The notes below the pieces were generated by a model. That model worked only from the letters and a program-made list of their open reading frames with translations, had not been told where the DNA came from and did not search any database. Made by a program: the position numbers and the translations under genes. Of a stretch of 64,000 nucleotides of DNA, positions 9,926 through 19,978 are shown piece after piece (within the stretch, counting starts at the first letter, position 1; each line of letters begins with the position of its first letter). Where the stretch lies: contig OZ245798.1 of the NCBI GenBank assembly GCA_965228135.1, positions 2,891,037-2,955,036 of the forward strand. The letters run 5' to 3'. This stretch comes from Tagaea sp. (GTDB taxonomy: Bacteria > Pseudomonadota > Alphaproteobacteria > CACIAM-22H2).

Positions 9926-11260
9926 ATGTTCGCCCGTCACTTCGCCGCCGCCAGCCTCGCCGCCACGCTTGCGTTCGTCTCGCCCGCGTTCGTGTCGCCG
10001 GTTTCCGCGCAAGCCCCGCAAACCGGCGGCGGGTCCGAGACGTTCCGCCTGCTTCAATTGTTCGGCGACGTGTTCGAGATCGTGCGCAGCGAGTACGTCG
10101 AAGAAGTGCAGGACCGCAAACTGGTCGAAGACGCGATCAACGGCATGTTGACCTCGCTCGACCCGCATTCGTCCTTCCTCAACGCGCGCTCGTTCCGCGA
10201 CATGCAGGTGCAGACGCGCGGCGAATTCGGCGGTCTTGGCATCGAAGTCACGATGGAGAACGGGCTGGTGAAGGTCGTCTCGCCCATCGACGACACGCCC
10301 GCCTTCCGCGCCGGTTTGAAGCCCAACGATTTCATCGTGTCGCTCGACGGCGAACCGGTGATGGGTATGTCGCTGCAGGACGCGGTCGAAAAGATGCGCG
10401 GGCCCGTCAACAGCCAGCTCAAGATTTTGATCCGCCGCGGCGAGACCCAGCCCTTCGAAGTGACGCTGACCCGTGCCGTGATCCGCATCCAATCGGTGCG
10501 CAGCCGTGTGGAAGGCGATATCGGCTATGTGCGCATCACCAGCTTCACCGAGCAGACCGATGTGGGCTTGCGCAACGCCATCCAGCGCATCCGCGAACAG
10601 CTCGGCGACAAGATGAAGGGCCTCGTGCTCGACATGCGCAACAATCCGGGCGGCCTGCTCGATCAGGCGATCGCCGTCTCCGACGCGTTCCTGGAACGCG
10701 GCGAGATCGTGTCGACGCGCGGCCGCCGGTCGGAGGAAGCCCAGCGCTACAACGCGCGCCCGGGCGATCTGCTGAACGGCTTGCCGTTGGTCGTGCTGAT
10801 CAATGGCGGCTCGGCGTCGGCGTCGGAAATCGTCGCGGGCGCGTTGCAGGACCATCGCCGCGCGATCCTGCTCGGCACCAAGTCGTTCGGCAAAGGCTCG
10901 GTCCAGACGATCCGCCCCGTGGGCAACCAAGGTGCGATCCGCCTGACCACCGCGCGCTACTACACGCCGTCGGGCCGTTCGATCCAGGCGCAGGGCATCG
11001 AGCCCGATATCGCCGTCGAACAGGCGCGCATCGAAATCACGCCGACGGGCCCGGTGCGCCGGGAAGCCGATCTGCGCGGCGCCTTGCGCAACCCGCAAGC
11101 GCCCGCCAACGGCCAAGCCCCCGCGGCGCCGGCCGCCCCGCAAGCGGCCCCCGCGCCGCAGACCGACGAGCCGCCGGCCGAGGGCGCGCAAGACTACCAG
11201 CTCAGCCGGGCGCTCGATCTGCTGCGTGGTCTCGCGCTGTTCCAGCAGCGCGCGAACTGA
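9926..11260 (+). CDS. ctpA: Carboxy-terminal processing protease (S41)
   Basis: Signal peptide, PDZ domain and S41 catalytic region (GLVLDMRNNPGG ... SASASE ... TKSFGKGSVQ). Confidence 0.85.
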   Translation: MFARHFAAASLAATLAFVSPAFVSPVSAQAPQTGGGSETFRLLQLFGDVFEIVRSEYVEEVQDRKLVEDAINGMLTSLDPHSSFLNARSFRDMQVQTRGEFGGLGIEVTMENGLVKVVSPIDDTPAFRAGLKPNDFIVSLDGEPVMGMSLQDAVEKMRGPVNSQLKILIRRGETQPFEVTLTRAVIRIQSVRSRVEGDIGYVRITSFTEQTDVGLRNAIQRIREQLGDKMKGLVLDMRNNPGGLLDQAIAVSDAFLERGEIVSTRGRRSEEAQRYNARPGDLLNGLPLVVLINGGSASASEIVAGALQDHRRAILLGTKSFGKGSVQTIRPVGNQGAIRLTTARYYTPSGRSIQAQGIEPDIAVEQARIEITPTGPVRREADLRGALRNPQAPANGQAPAAPAAPQAAPAPQTDEPPAEGAQDYQLSRALDLLRGLALFQQRAN

Positions 11261-11289
11261 GCGCGGACGTTTAGGATCGGGAATTCGGC

Positions 11290-12633
11290 ATGGCGGCGAC
11301 AGACGAGTCCGATCCGCCGCCCTTGCCGCCCGCAAGCCCCAAACCGGCCCCGGCGCCCAAGCGCAAGCCGCCGCTTTTGGCGCTTGCGTGGATTGTGCTG
11401 ATCGGCGCCGTTGCCGGTTACGTGCTGTGGGCGCAAACCCAGACGCCGGAAAGCGAGCTTGATCTCGGCGACCCGGTCGTCGCGATGGTGCGCTTGCCGA
11501 CTTCGGCGGCGACGGCCCCCATTCCGCCGCCGCCCGAGCCCGAAGCCGTCGCGAAACCGGAGCCGGAACCCGAGCCCGCACCGGCACCGGCGGCGGCACC
11601 CGAACCGGCACCAGCGCCGGCGCCTGAACCCGCACCTGCACCGCAAGCGGCCGCACCCGTCGCACCGGTGACACCGCCCGCCCCGCCGCCGGCCGCAAGC
11701 CCGACGGCACCGCGCCCGATAGTGCCCGCGCCCGTTCAACCGGCGGCGCCGGCGCCGGCGCCGGCGCCGGCGCCCGCACCGACTCCCGCACCGGCACCGC
11801 AGCAGCAAGCCGCACGTCCGACGGCACCGCCGTCGCTCGCCCCGCTGCCGCCGCGCGACGTGGAAGCGCCGACCTGGGTGCGTTTCGCGCGGCCCTTCGA
11901 TCCCGAAGAAAAGCGCCCGCGCATCGCGATCGTGTTGACCGATCTGGGCAAGAGCCAAGCGGCGAGCAACGCGGCGATCCAAAATCTCGGCGGCGCCATC
12001 ACGCTCGCCTTCAGCCCCTATGCGGATAACCTGACGCAATGGGTCGCATTGGCGCGCGCCGCCGGTCACGAAGTGCTGTTGAACGTGCCGATGGAGCCCG
12101 CCGATTTCCCCGCGACCGATCCCGGCCCGCAAACGCTGCTGACGACGTTGTCGGCGCGCCAGAATCTCGAACGGCTCGACGGCTTGCTCGGCCGCGCGCA
12201 AGGCTATGTCGGCATCGCGACGGCGGCGGGTTCGCGCTTCACGACATCGGCCGACGCGATGCGCCCCGTCGTCGACCGGATGTTCCAACGCGGGCTTCTG
12301 CTGCTCGATTCGCGCACCGCGCAGAATTCGCTGGCCGCGCGTGTGGCCGACGACGTGGGCGTGCCGCGCGTCTATGCCGACCGCATCATCGACACCGAAG
12401 CCTCGCGCCCCGCGATCGACCGCGCCCTCAACGATCTGGAGCGCATCGCGCGCCAGAACGGTGTGGCCGTGGGCATCGGCCAGCCCTTCCCGGTGACGTT
12501 CGAACGCCTGATCAATTGGCTGGCGCTGGTCGAAAATCGCGGCTTCGTGCTGGCGCCCGTTTCGGCCGTCGTCAATCGCCAGCCGGCACCGGGTGCCGCC
12601 CCCGCAACGGCCCCCGCCGCGCAGCAACGATGA
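11290..12633 (+). CDS. Divergent polysaccharide deacetylase family protein (YibQ-like) with long Pro/Ala-rich linker
   Basis: C-terminal YibQ/DUF610-like region (RIAIVLTDLG ... VLLNVPMEP ... LLLDSRT). N-terminal TM segment followed by ~150 aa of PA/PE low complexity. Confidence 0.7.
   Translation: MAATDESDPPPLPPASPKPAPAPKRKPPLLALAWIVLIGAVAGYVLWAQTQTPESELDLGDPVVAMVRLPTSAATAPIPPPPEPEAVAKPEPEPEPAPAPAAAPEPAPAPAPEPAPAPQAAAPVAPVTPPAPPPAASPTAPRPIVPAPVQPAAPAPAPAPAPAPTPAPAPQQQAARPTAPPSLAPLPPRDVEAPTWVRFARPFDPEEKRPRIAIVLTDLGKSQAASNAAIQNLGGAITLAFSPYADNLTQWVALARAAGHEVLLNVPMEPADFPATDPGPQTLLTTLSARQNLERLDGLLGRAQGYVGIATAAGSRFTTSADAMRPVVDRMFQRGLLLLDSRTAQNSLAARVADDVGVPRVYADRIIDTEASRPAIDRALNDLERIARQNGVAVGIGQPFPVTFERLINWLALVENRGFVLAPVSAVVNRQPAPGAAPATAPAAQQR
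11741..11776. repeat. Tandem hexanucleotide repeat (CGCCGG)x~5 inside the Pro/Ala linker coding region
   Basis: Read directly: cggcggcgccggcgccggcgccggcgccggcgcccg. In-frame 6-bp units encoding (PA)n. Confidence 0.6.
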
Positions 12634-13115
12634 AAACCGTCACATTGGAAGATTACCGTCCCGGCGTGGGACTGATGCTGTTCGACCGCAAAGGCCGCGT
12701 TTTCGTCGCGCGCCGCAACGACACGCCGGACGCTTGGCAGATGCCGCAAGGCGGCATCGACGCGGGCGAAGATCCGCGCGCGGCGGCGTTGCGCGAGCTT
12801 GCCGAGGAAACCGGTGTGACCAACGCCGAGATCGTCGGCGAGAGTGTCGATTGGATCGCCTACGATCTGCCCGAAGATTTGCGCAAGAAGGTCTGGAAGG
12901 GCCGTTATCGCGGCCAGTGCCAGAAATGGTACGCGCTGCGCCATCTCGGCCAAGATTCCGACATCGACCTCGACGCCCACGAGGCCGAGTTCGACGCGTG
13001 GCGCTGGGCCGAGCTCGACGAGCTCGAATCGCTGATCGTGCCGTTCAAGCGCGAACTCTATCGCCGCGTCGTCGCCGAGTTGGGGCCGATCGTGCGCAAA
13101 GCCGTCGCGACATGA
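12630..13115 (+). CDS. rppH: RNA pyrophosphohydrolase (NUDIX)
   Basis: Nudix box GGIDAGEDPRAAALRELAEETGV and RppH-like length. ATGA overlap with the upstream gene. Confidence 0.85.
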   Translation: MKTVTLEDYRPGVGLMLFDRKGRVFVARRNDTPDAWQMPQGGIDAGEDPRAAALRELAEETGVTNAEIVGESVDWIAYDLPEDLRKKVWKGRYRGQCQKWYALRHLGQDSDIDLDAHEAEFDAWRWAELDELESLIVPFKRELYRRVVAELGPIVRKAVAT

Positions 13116-14176
13116 GCGAACTGGTTTTGTCCGGCGTGGCGAAAAGCTTCGCCACCGCCCAAGGCGGGCGCGTGCGCGCGTTGGAGCCGACCGATCTCAA
13201 CGTCGCCAACGGCGAATTCGTCGCGTTGCTCGGCGCTTCGGGTTGCGGCAAATCCACGCTGCTGCGCCTGGTCGCCGGATTCGAAACGCCGGACAGCGGC
13301 ACGATCGCGCTGGGCTCGCGCATCGTGTCCGGCGGTGCCGCGCATGTGCCGCCCGAAGAACGCCGTGTCGGCATCGTCTTCCAATCCTACGCGCTGTGGC
13401 CGCATATGAGCGTGGGCCGCAACGTGGGCTACGCGCTGGAAGTGGCGAAAGTGCCCGAGCCCGCGCGCAAAGCGCGAATCGCCGAAGCGCTCGCCAGCGT
13501 CGATCTCGCCGGCTACGAGGATCGCAAGCCTGCCGAACTTTCGGGCGGGCAGCGCCAACGCGTGGCGCTCGCGCGCTGCTTGGCGATGGACCCGGCGATC
13601 GTACTGCTCGACGAGCCGCTCGCCAATCTCGACGTCCATTTGCGCGCCTCGATGCTCGAAACCTTCGCGGCGTTCCACGCCAAGACGAAGGCGACGATGC
13701 TTTACGTCACCCACGATCAAGCCGAAGCGATGGCGCTCGCCGATCGCATCGCCGTGATGGAAGCAGGCCGCATCGTGCAGTTTGCCGATCCGCGCACGCT
13801 TTATCGCCAGCCCGCGACCGCCGCGATCGGCGCCTTCGTCGGGCGCGGCGCCATCGTCAAAACCGAAGTCCTGGCCGCGCAAGGCGGCAAGGCGGGGATC
13901 GAGCTTTACGGGCGGCGCTTTCGCGTGCGCTGTGCGGGAGATCGTGCCCCCGGCCCCGCCTCGCTGGTGCTGCGCCCCGAAGACTTGGCGCTGGCCGCCG
14001 ACGGTTTCCCCGCGACGATCAAGCGTGCCGCGTATGTGGGTGGGGCGTGGGATATCGACGCCGTGCCCGATGCCGATCCCACGGCGCTGCTCCGCTTGGC
14101 GCTGCCCGACGACGGCCACCCGCATATGGGCGACAAGATCGCCCTGGGCCTCGTCGACGGGTGGGTGACGGACTAA
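13112..14176 (+). CDS. ABC transporter ATP-binding protein (FbpC/PotA-type importer ATPase with C-terminal TOBE-like domain)
   Basis: Walker A GASGCGKST, signature LSGGQRQRVAL and Walker B ILLDEPLANLD. Start overlaps the rppH stop. Confidence 0.85.
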   Translation: MSELVLSGVAKSFATAQGGRVRALEPTDLNVANGEFVALLGASGCGKSTLLRLVAGFETPDSGTIALGSRIVSGGAAHVPPEERRVGIVFQSYALWPHMSVGRNVGYALEVAKVPEPARKARIAEALASVDLAGYEDRKPAELSGGQRQRVALARCLAMDPAIVLLDEPLANLDVHLRASMLETFAAFHAKTKATMLYVTHDQAEAMALADRIAVMEAGRIVQFADPRTLYRQPATAAIGAFVGRGAIVKTEVLAAQGGKAGIELYGRRFRVRCAGDRAPGPASLVLRPEDLALAADGFPATIKRAAYVGGAWDIDAVPDADPTALLRLALPDDGHPHMGDKIALGLVDGWVTD

Positions 14177-14230
14177 CCGTCCGTCCGGCGGCTTGTGGCG
14201 CGCCGGCAGCCAAAAGTGTAGAATGCGCGC

Positions 14231-14461
14231 ATGGATCCGATGTCCCGCATCACCATCCGTCCCGAACAATGCCACGGCCAGCCTTGCATCCGTGGCATGC
14301 GTATTCGCGTGACCGACATCCTCGAGATGTTGGCCGGCGGCATGAGTCATGCCGATATTTTGGCGGACTACCCTTATCTTGAGGCCGACGACATCACGGC
14401 CGCGCTGGCTTATGCCGCACGCGAGATCGGCCATCCGGTCGTCACGTCGGCCGCCGAGTGA
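14231..14461 (+). CDS. DUF433 domain protein (antitoxin-like small protein)
   Basis: 76 aa matching the DUF433 pattern. No partner DUF5615/PIN gene visible. Confidence 0.6.
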   Translation: MDPMSRITIRPEQCHGQPCIRGMRIRVTDILEMLAGGMSHADILADYPYLEADDITAALAYAAREIGHPVVTSAAE

Positions 14462-14484
14462 AGTTCCGTGAGCTTCGCTAGACG

Positions 14485-15216
14485 CTAACCCGCGATCACC
14501 AGGCGATAGCCCGCGTCGTAATCGTCGCGGGCGGCGATGTCGGCATAACGCTTCGCCCATTCACCGCTGTCGAGATCGCGCGCCAGACGTTCGAGCCCCG
14601 GCTTGGCCGAATCGCCCAGCGCCCAAAAGGACGAACTGCCCGACCGGATGCGCGAATCGAGATAGGCCGCCGGGCGGCGCCAATAGGCGTGGAGAAACCC
14701 GTCGCTGCAATCATGCGGCACAGAGACGGCTTCGATCCGCACATCGCCGAGCCACCGCGCGTAATCGGCCATTGCGGGCATCTGGCCTTCGTCCAGCGTC
14801 GCGAGTTCGGGCAGATAATCGGTGAGCCAGGGGCGAAAGGCGGGATCGTAGGTCAGCAGCACGATGCGCCCGCGCGTCACGCGGCGCATTTCGCGCAAGC
14901 CCGCCGCCTTGTCGCGCCAATGATGGATGGTGAGCAGCGCCATCGCCGCATCGAACGACGCATCGTCGAAGGGCAGGTTCTCCGCACTCGCTTGGATCGC
15001 GGGGGCCGCATCCGGCCCGCGCTTGTCGATCATCGTTTGCGAGGGTTCGACCGCAACGACCGCGCGATCCGTGGGCTCGTAGGAGCCCGTTCCCGCGCCG
15101 ACATTCAGCACGCGCCGTGCATCGCCCAAGGCGCGCGCGATGATCGCCGCGATACGCGGATCGGGCTTACGGATATCGGCGTAGTTGACGCCGATCGTGT
15201 CGTATTTCGCGGCCAT
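14485..15216 (-). CDS. Class I SAM-dependent methyltransferase
   Basis: Motif I VLNVGAGTG and Rossmann MTase fold. 4 bp downstream of the permease gene on the same strand. Confidence 0.75.
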   Translation of the reverse strand: MAAKYDTIGVNYADIRKPDPRIAAIIARALGDARRVLNVGAGTGSYEPTDRAVVAVEPSQTMIDKRGPDAAPAIQASAENLPFDDASFDAAMALLTIHHWRDKAAGLREMRRVTRGRIVLLTYDPAFRPWLTDYLPELATLDEGQMPAMADYARWLGDVRIEAVSVPHDCSDGFLHAYWRRPAAYLDSRIRSGSSSFWALGDSAKPGLERLARDLDSGEWAKRYADIAARDDYDAGYRLVIAG

Positions 15217-15219
15217 GAT

Positions 15220-16923
15220 TCAATTCGCCCAAGGCAAAATGCCCTTGGGTAAGCGATGCGCGACGAGGCCGAGGATCAGCATCAACGCGATCACGGCGGC
15301 GACGGCGAGCGTGGAAACGGCGGCGGCCAAAGGTGAGTCGCCGCCTTCCTGCAGCGAGAACACCATCACGCCCAGCGTTTCCGAGCCCGACGACCACAGC
15401 AGCGCCGACACGGTGAGCTCGTTGAGCGCGGTCAAGAACACCAAAATCGCGCCCGCCCCGGCGGCAGGGGCCACCATCGGCAAGGCGACGTCGCGCAAAC
15501 GCCGCCCGAAACCGGCCCCGGCGGCGGCGGCGGCTTCGTCGAGTGCCGGATCGAGCTGCGCGAACGCCGCACTCACCGGGCGCAAGGCCAGCACCATGAA
15601 GCGCGCGACGTAAGCCAAGCCGATGATCCACAGCGTGCCGTAGATCGACACGCCCAAAATCGGCAGCGGGCGGATGAAGGTGAGGATCGTCGCGATCGCC
15701 AGCACGATGCCGGGCAGCGCGTAAGGCAGCTCGATCAGCGTATCGAGGATCTTGACCAGCCTTGTGCGCCGCCACGCGGCGAAATAGGCGATCGGCATGG
15801 CGAGCATCACGCACAGCAACGCCGCGATTCCGGCCAGCAGGAAGGAATTGGCGAAGGCGCGCGACACCGCACTCTGGCGGAAGGCTTCGACATAGGCGCG
15901 CAATGTGGCGGTCGTCGCGTCGAGCGTCACGCCGATCGCGGGCACGAGCGATTGCGCGATCAACGCCACGAACGGCACGATCGCCGCGAGCACCAGCGCC
16001 GTCCACAAAAAAATCTCGACGGCCAGCCGCGCCTTGCCCAGATGCCAGGGCTCCAGCGGCATCGACGCGCCCGAGACGCGCGCGTCGAGGGCCCGGCGCG
16101 CATGGGCGTGCAGCCACAGCATGGCGAGCGCGAACACGCCGATCAGCGCCGACAGCGTCGCGGCTTGCGCCAGCACCGACGGGCCGAATCCGGCGAGGCG
16201 TTGATAGATGAGCGTCACGAGCGTCGTGTAGGAGACCGGAATGCCCAGCAAAGCGGGCGTGCCGAAATTGCCGATGCTCGACACGAAGGCGAGCAAGCCG
16301 CCCGCCATAATCGCCGGGAACATCAGCGGCAGCACGACGGTTCGCGCCACCACGATTCGTGTGGCACCGCAGCCGCGCGCGGCCTCGATCGCTTCGCGCG
16401 GCAGCGCGCGCAAGCCCGCACGCACCGCCAGGAACACCAAGGGGGCATGTTCGAGGCCGAGCAACCACGAGATACCGAAGCGGCCATAGAGCGGATTTTC
16501 CGAACCCGGCGGCGGGGCGAGACCGAACGCGCCGAGCAACGCGCTTTGCGGCCCCGCCATGTTGATCCAGGCCAGCGCCGCGATCTGCGAAGGCACGACC
16601 AAGGGCAACACGAAGACGAAGATCAACGCGCCCTTGGCGCGCACGTCGCTTAACGCCACGACCAGCGCGAAGCCCACACCCAGGAACAGCGAGATCGCGG
16701 TGCCGAGGATCGAGGTTTCGAGCGTGTTCCACGCGGCGCGCCACGTGGCGGTCGCGGTCAACGCGCGCGTGGCGATGGAAAGATCGAAGCCGCCGCCCCT
16801 TGGGGCGACGGCTTCATACAGCAATCTGGCGAGCGGCCAGAGCGAGACCAGCGCCACGATCCCGGCGAGGGCGAAGAGCCAGCGGCGCTCGTCCGCCCCC
16901 GTCCGGATCGCGGAGAAGCTCAC
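15220..16923 (-). CDS. Iron(III)-type ABC transporter permease (duplicated FbpB-like membrane domain)
   Basis: Two tandem permease domains with EAA-like loops. GTG start overlapping the stop of the SBP gene. The 881-aa ORF in the track is an upstream in-frame extension artifact. Confidence 0.75.
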   Translation of the reverse strand: MSFSAIRTGADERRWLFALAGIVALVSLWPLARLLYEAVAPRGGGFDLSIATRALTATATWRAAWNTLETSILGTAISLFLGVGFALVVALSDVRAKGALIFVFVLPLVVPSQIAALAWINMAGPQSALLGAFGLAPPPGSENPLYGRFGISWLLGLEHAPLVFLAVRAGLRALPREAIEAARGCGATRIVVARTVVLPLMFPAIMAGGLLAFVSSIGNFGTPALLGIPVSYTTLVTLIYQRLAGFGPSVLAQAATLSALIGVFALAMLWLHAHARRALDARVSGASMPLEPWHLGKARLAVEIFLWTALVLAAIVPFVALIAQSLVPAIGVTLDATTATLRAYVEAFRQSAVSRAFANSFLLAGIAALLCVMLAMPIAYFAAWRRTRLVKILDTLIELPYALPGIVLAIATILTFIRPLPILGVSIYGTLWIIGLAYVARFMVLALRPVSAAFAQLDPALDEAAAAAGAGFGRRLRDVALPMVAPAAGAGAILVFLTALNELTVSALLWSSGSETLGVMVFSLQEGGDSPLAAAVSTLAVAAVIALMLILGLVAHRLPKGILPWAN

Positions 16924-17903
16924 TTGCCGAACAGATCGGCGAAACGTTCCTTGTCGGCTTCGTCGCTGCGCAGAATCTCCGCGATCGGAATCGGCATCAG
17001 CTTGACGTTCGATAGGACGGGGAAGCCTTCCGGCGCCTTCACTTCGTTGGAGACCGGCAGCATGCCTTGGCTCGCGGCCAAAGCCTGACCGTCGGGCGAC
17101 AGCACGAAATCGACGAAGGCGCGCGCGGCCGCCTGGTTCTTCGCCGTGCGCAGGATCGCGACCGGCTCGGTCACGAAGGTCGATCCGTCGCGCGGGAAGA
17201 CGAACTCGACCGGCGAGCCCTTCTTGTTCGCGTTGATCGCCATGAAATCGACGATCACGCCGTAGAGCTTTTGGCCGCCGGCGACCGCTTCGAGCACGGC
17301 GGGATTGCCGCGCGCGGCTTGGGCACCGTTGGCCTTCAACGTCTCGTACCATTTCCAGCCGAGATCGGGCTGGCGCACGACCGCCCCCATATGGATGGCG
17401 GCGGCCCCCGAGAACAGCGGCGAGGGCATCACGACCTGGCCGCGCGCTTCGGCCTTGGCGAGATCGGCCCAGCTCGTCGGCTTCATCGATGCCGATTTGT
17501 TGTAGACGATGCCCGTGGTGATGAGCTTCGTGCCGAAATAGGTCTTGGCCGCGTCGAAGCTGCCGGCGGGCAATCCGTCGGTCTTCGCCTGGGTATAGGC
17601 GAATAAGCGGTTTTCCGCCTTCAGCGATTCCATCGTCATCGCATCGGCGATGAGCAGCACGTCGGGCTGCGGATTGCCGGCGACGAATTCCGCCTGCAAG
17701 CGGTTCATCAATTGCGTCGTGCCGTCGCGCGTGAAGCTGACTTCGACGCCCGGATGCACCTTCCGGAACGCGTCGATCGTCGCTTGCGCATCGGCCTGCG
17801 GCTGCGAAGTGTAGAGCACCAGCTTGCCCGACGGCGCTTGCGCGGCGGCGGGGAGAACGATGCACGCCGCGAACGCGGCGGTCAGGACGGAACGACGGAA
17901 CAT
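16920..17903 (-). CDS. ABC transporter periplasmic substrate-binding protein (iron(III)/family 1 SBP)
   Basis: Signal peptide and SBP_bac_1-like sequence. Upstream of and overlapping the permease gene. Confidence 0.75.
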   Translation of the reverse strand: MFRRSVLTAAFAACIVLPAAAQAPSGKLVLYTSQPQADAQATIDAFRKVHPGVEVSFTRDGTTQLMNRLQAEFVAGNPQPDVLLIADAMTMESLKAENRLFAYTQAKTDGLPAGSFDAAKTYFGTKLITTGIVYNKSASMKPTSWADLAKAEARGQVVMPSPLFSGAAAIHMGAVVRQPDLGWKWYETLKANGAQAARGNPAVLEAVAGGQKLYGVIVDFMAINANKKGSPVEFVFPRDGSTFVTEPVAILRTAKNQAAARAFVDFVLSPDGQALAASQGMLPVSNEVKAPEGFPVLSNVKLMPIPIAEILRSDEADKERFADLFGK

Positions 17904-17981
17904 GAGGGACGGGCTCCCGGTTTCGGGGTTAGGAACGTGCCCCGATTACCCGCCTTCGGTTACACGCTTGTGACAGTTCGT

Positions 17982-18797
17982 TCAAGCGCCCGCGCGCGCC
18001 AGCGATGCCGCCCGGCGGGTCATGAAGGCCGTCGCCAGCGCCGCGATGGGGCGCTGCAGCGCACCGGTCGCAGGCAGGCCTACCGCCTTCAGCACCATCG
18101 CGATGCCGCGATCGATATGCTTGCGGCGATAGACCGAATAGGCCCGGCGCGCATAAGCGCGCGCGGCGACCGCGCGGTCATAGGGGGCCGGCCACATATT
18201 CGCGGCGTAATAGGCGTAGGACAATTCATCGTCTTCGGACTCGGCGATCCGTCCGAGGCCGGTCCACACGCGCTTGGCCCAGCCGATCTTGTCGCGTTCC
18301 AGATAACGCTGCATGTGGTCGTAGAAAAGCTTGTAGTGGCGGAATTCGTCGGCGGCGATCTTGCGACAGATTTGCGCGAAGACCGGCTCGTCCGAGGCTT
18401 CGGCCAGCGCCGTGTAATAGGAACTCGTGCCCGTTTCGACGATGCAGCGCGCGATCAACTCGCCCGCCCGGCTGCCGCGCACGGAGGCGGTCGCGTCCAA
18501 GGGCAATTTATAGCCGTCGGTGAAGCGCTTGAACGACGCGTCGAAATCCCAAGTCGGGTCGGCCAGCATCGCCCATTTGGCGAGCGCCTTGCCGTGCTGG
18601 ATCTCCTCGACCGCCCAGGCATCGACCGCCGGGCGGATCGTCTCGTCGCCCGCGAACACGTTGTTGAGATAGACGGCGTAATCCGCACCGTTATGCTCGA
18701 CCATCGCCGCGGCCTTGGCGACCGCGAGCAGATCGGGATCGACCCGATCCGCGCGGAACGCCGCCCAATCGATATCGTCGAGAGTCCAACCCGCCAT
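17982..18797 (-). CDS. Ferritin-like (di-iron carboxylate) domain protein
   Basis: Paired EExxH-type motifs (EEIQHG, ADEFRHYKLF). True start ATG at 18797. The rest of the 587-aa track ORF is Arg-rich read-through. Confidence 0.6.
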   Translation of the reverse strand: MAGWTLDDIDWAAFRADRVDPDLLAVAKAAAMVEHNGADYAVYLNNVFAGDETIRPAVDAWAVEEIQHGKALAKWAMLADPTWDFDASFKRFTDGYKLPLDATASVRGSRAGELIARCIVETGTSSYYTALAEASDEPVFAQICRKIAADEFRHYKLFYDHMQRYLERDKIGWAKRVWTGLGRIAESEDDELSYAYYAANMWPAPYDRAVAARAYARRAYSVYRRKHIDRGIAMVLKAVGLPATGALQRPIAALATAFMTRRAASLARAGA

Positions 18798-18935
18798 GTC
18801 CGTTCCTTTGCTAGTGACGGTTATATGGCGCCGAATACCGCAGCGCGCAAGAGCCCGCGTCATCGCGGAAGCCCTTGTGAAATTTGCGGTTTTCGGGCAC
18901 GACTCGAGCAATCCTTCGTTTCCGGAGCCTGCCCC

Positions 18936-19925
18936 ATGAAATACGTCCCGCTCGGCCGTTCGGGCCTGATGGTCAGCCGCGTGTGCCTTGGCGGCAATTC
19001 CTGGGGCGCCGCCGGGCGGCGCGCCTGGGCGCCGTTCGGACCGGAAGAAAGCGCGCCGTTCTTCAAACGCGCGCTCGATCGCGGGATCAATTTCTTCGAC
19101 ACGGCCGATGCCTATAACCTCGGCGCCTCCGAAACGATCATGGGCGAAAAGCTGATCGGCCTCGTCCCGCGCGACGAGCTCGTGATCTCGACCAAGGTCG
19201 GGTTGAAGATGGGCTCCGCCCCCAACGCCGTGGGCTTGGGCCGCAAGCATCTCGTCGCCTCGCTCGACGCGCAGTTGAAGCGCCTCAAGACCGACCATGT
19301 CGATGTCTATCAGGTCCATCGCTTGGACGGCGTGACACCCCTTGAAGAGGTCATGGCGACGCTCGACGGCTTCGTGCGCGCCGGTAAGGTCCGCTATATC
19401 GGCGGCTCCACCATGCCCGCCTATAAATTCGCGCAGATGATCGCCATCGCCGACGCGAAGGGCTATGCGCGCCCCATCGCGATGCAGAATCTGCACAACG
19501 CGATTCAGCGCGAGGAAGAGCGCGAGATGAACGCGCTGTGCGCCGAACAAGGCGTGGGGCTTATTCCCTATTCGCCGCTGGCGCGCGGGTTCCTGGCCGG
19601 CAACCGCGTCAAAGGCGGCGGCGGCGACACCGAGCGGTCGAAGAACGACGCCGGTGCGAAGCCCGAGACTTATCGCGATTGCGACTGGGCGATCGCCGAC
19701 GCGATTAAAGACATCGCCAAAGCGCGCGGTGCCAAGCCCACGCAAGTGGCGCTGCTGTGGTTGTGGTCGAAGCCCTATATGGCCGCCCCGATCATCGGAT
19801 CGACGAAGCTCGAGCAGCTCGACGACGCGGCCGAGGCCGCCGATATGCCGCCACTAACGGCGGACGAGGTTTCGCGCATCGAAACGCCGTATATTTGGCG
19901 GCCGCATCCGGGCTGGAACGGCTAG
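18936..19925 (+). CDS. Aldo/keto reductase
   Basis: AKR signatures (FFDTADAY, HRLD, IGGSTM). Start ATG at 18936. The 737-aa track ORF is an in-frame upstream artifact. Confidence 0.85.
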   Translation: MKYVPLGRSGLMVSRVCLGGNSWGAAGRRAWAPFGPEESAPFFKRALDRGINFFDTADAYNLGASETIMGEKLIGLVPRDELVISTKVGLKMGSAPNAVGLGRKHLVASLDAQLKRLKTDHVDVYQVHRLDGVTPLEEVMATLDGFVRAGKVRYIGGSTMPAYKFAQMIAIADAKGYARPIAMQNLHNAIQREEEREMNALCAEQGVGLIPYSPLARGFLAGNRVKGGGGDTERSKNDAGAKPETYRDCDWAIADAIKDIAKARGAKPTQVALLWLWSKPYMAAPIIGSTKLEQLDDAAEAADMPPLTADEVSRIETPYIWRPHPGWNG

Positions 19926-19978
19926 ACAAGCTTCGATAATCTCTCCCCTAACGAACAAGATGTTCGGGGGAGGGAACC

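Noticed and set aside
15220-17865. 881-aa single ORF spanning the permease and the antisense frame of the SBP gene
   Set aside because: The N-terminal ~310 aa are Arg-rich with no TM helices. The real permease starts at the GTG at 16923, overlapping the SBP stop.
17712-19925. 737-aa ORF
   Set aside because: It is an in-frame upstream extension through the antisense of the ferritin-like gene. Only the C-terminal 329 aa, from the ATG at 18936, form the aldo/keto reductase.
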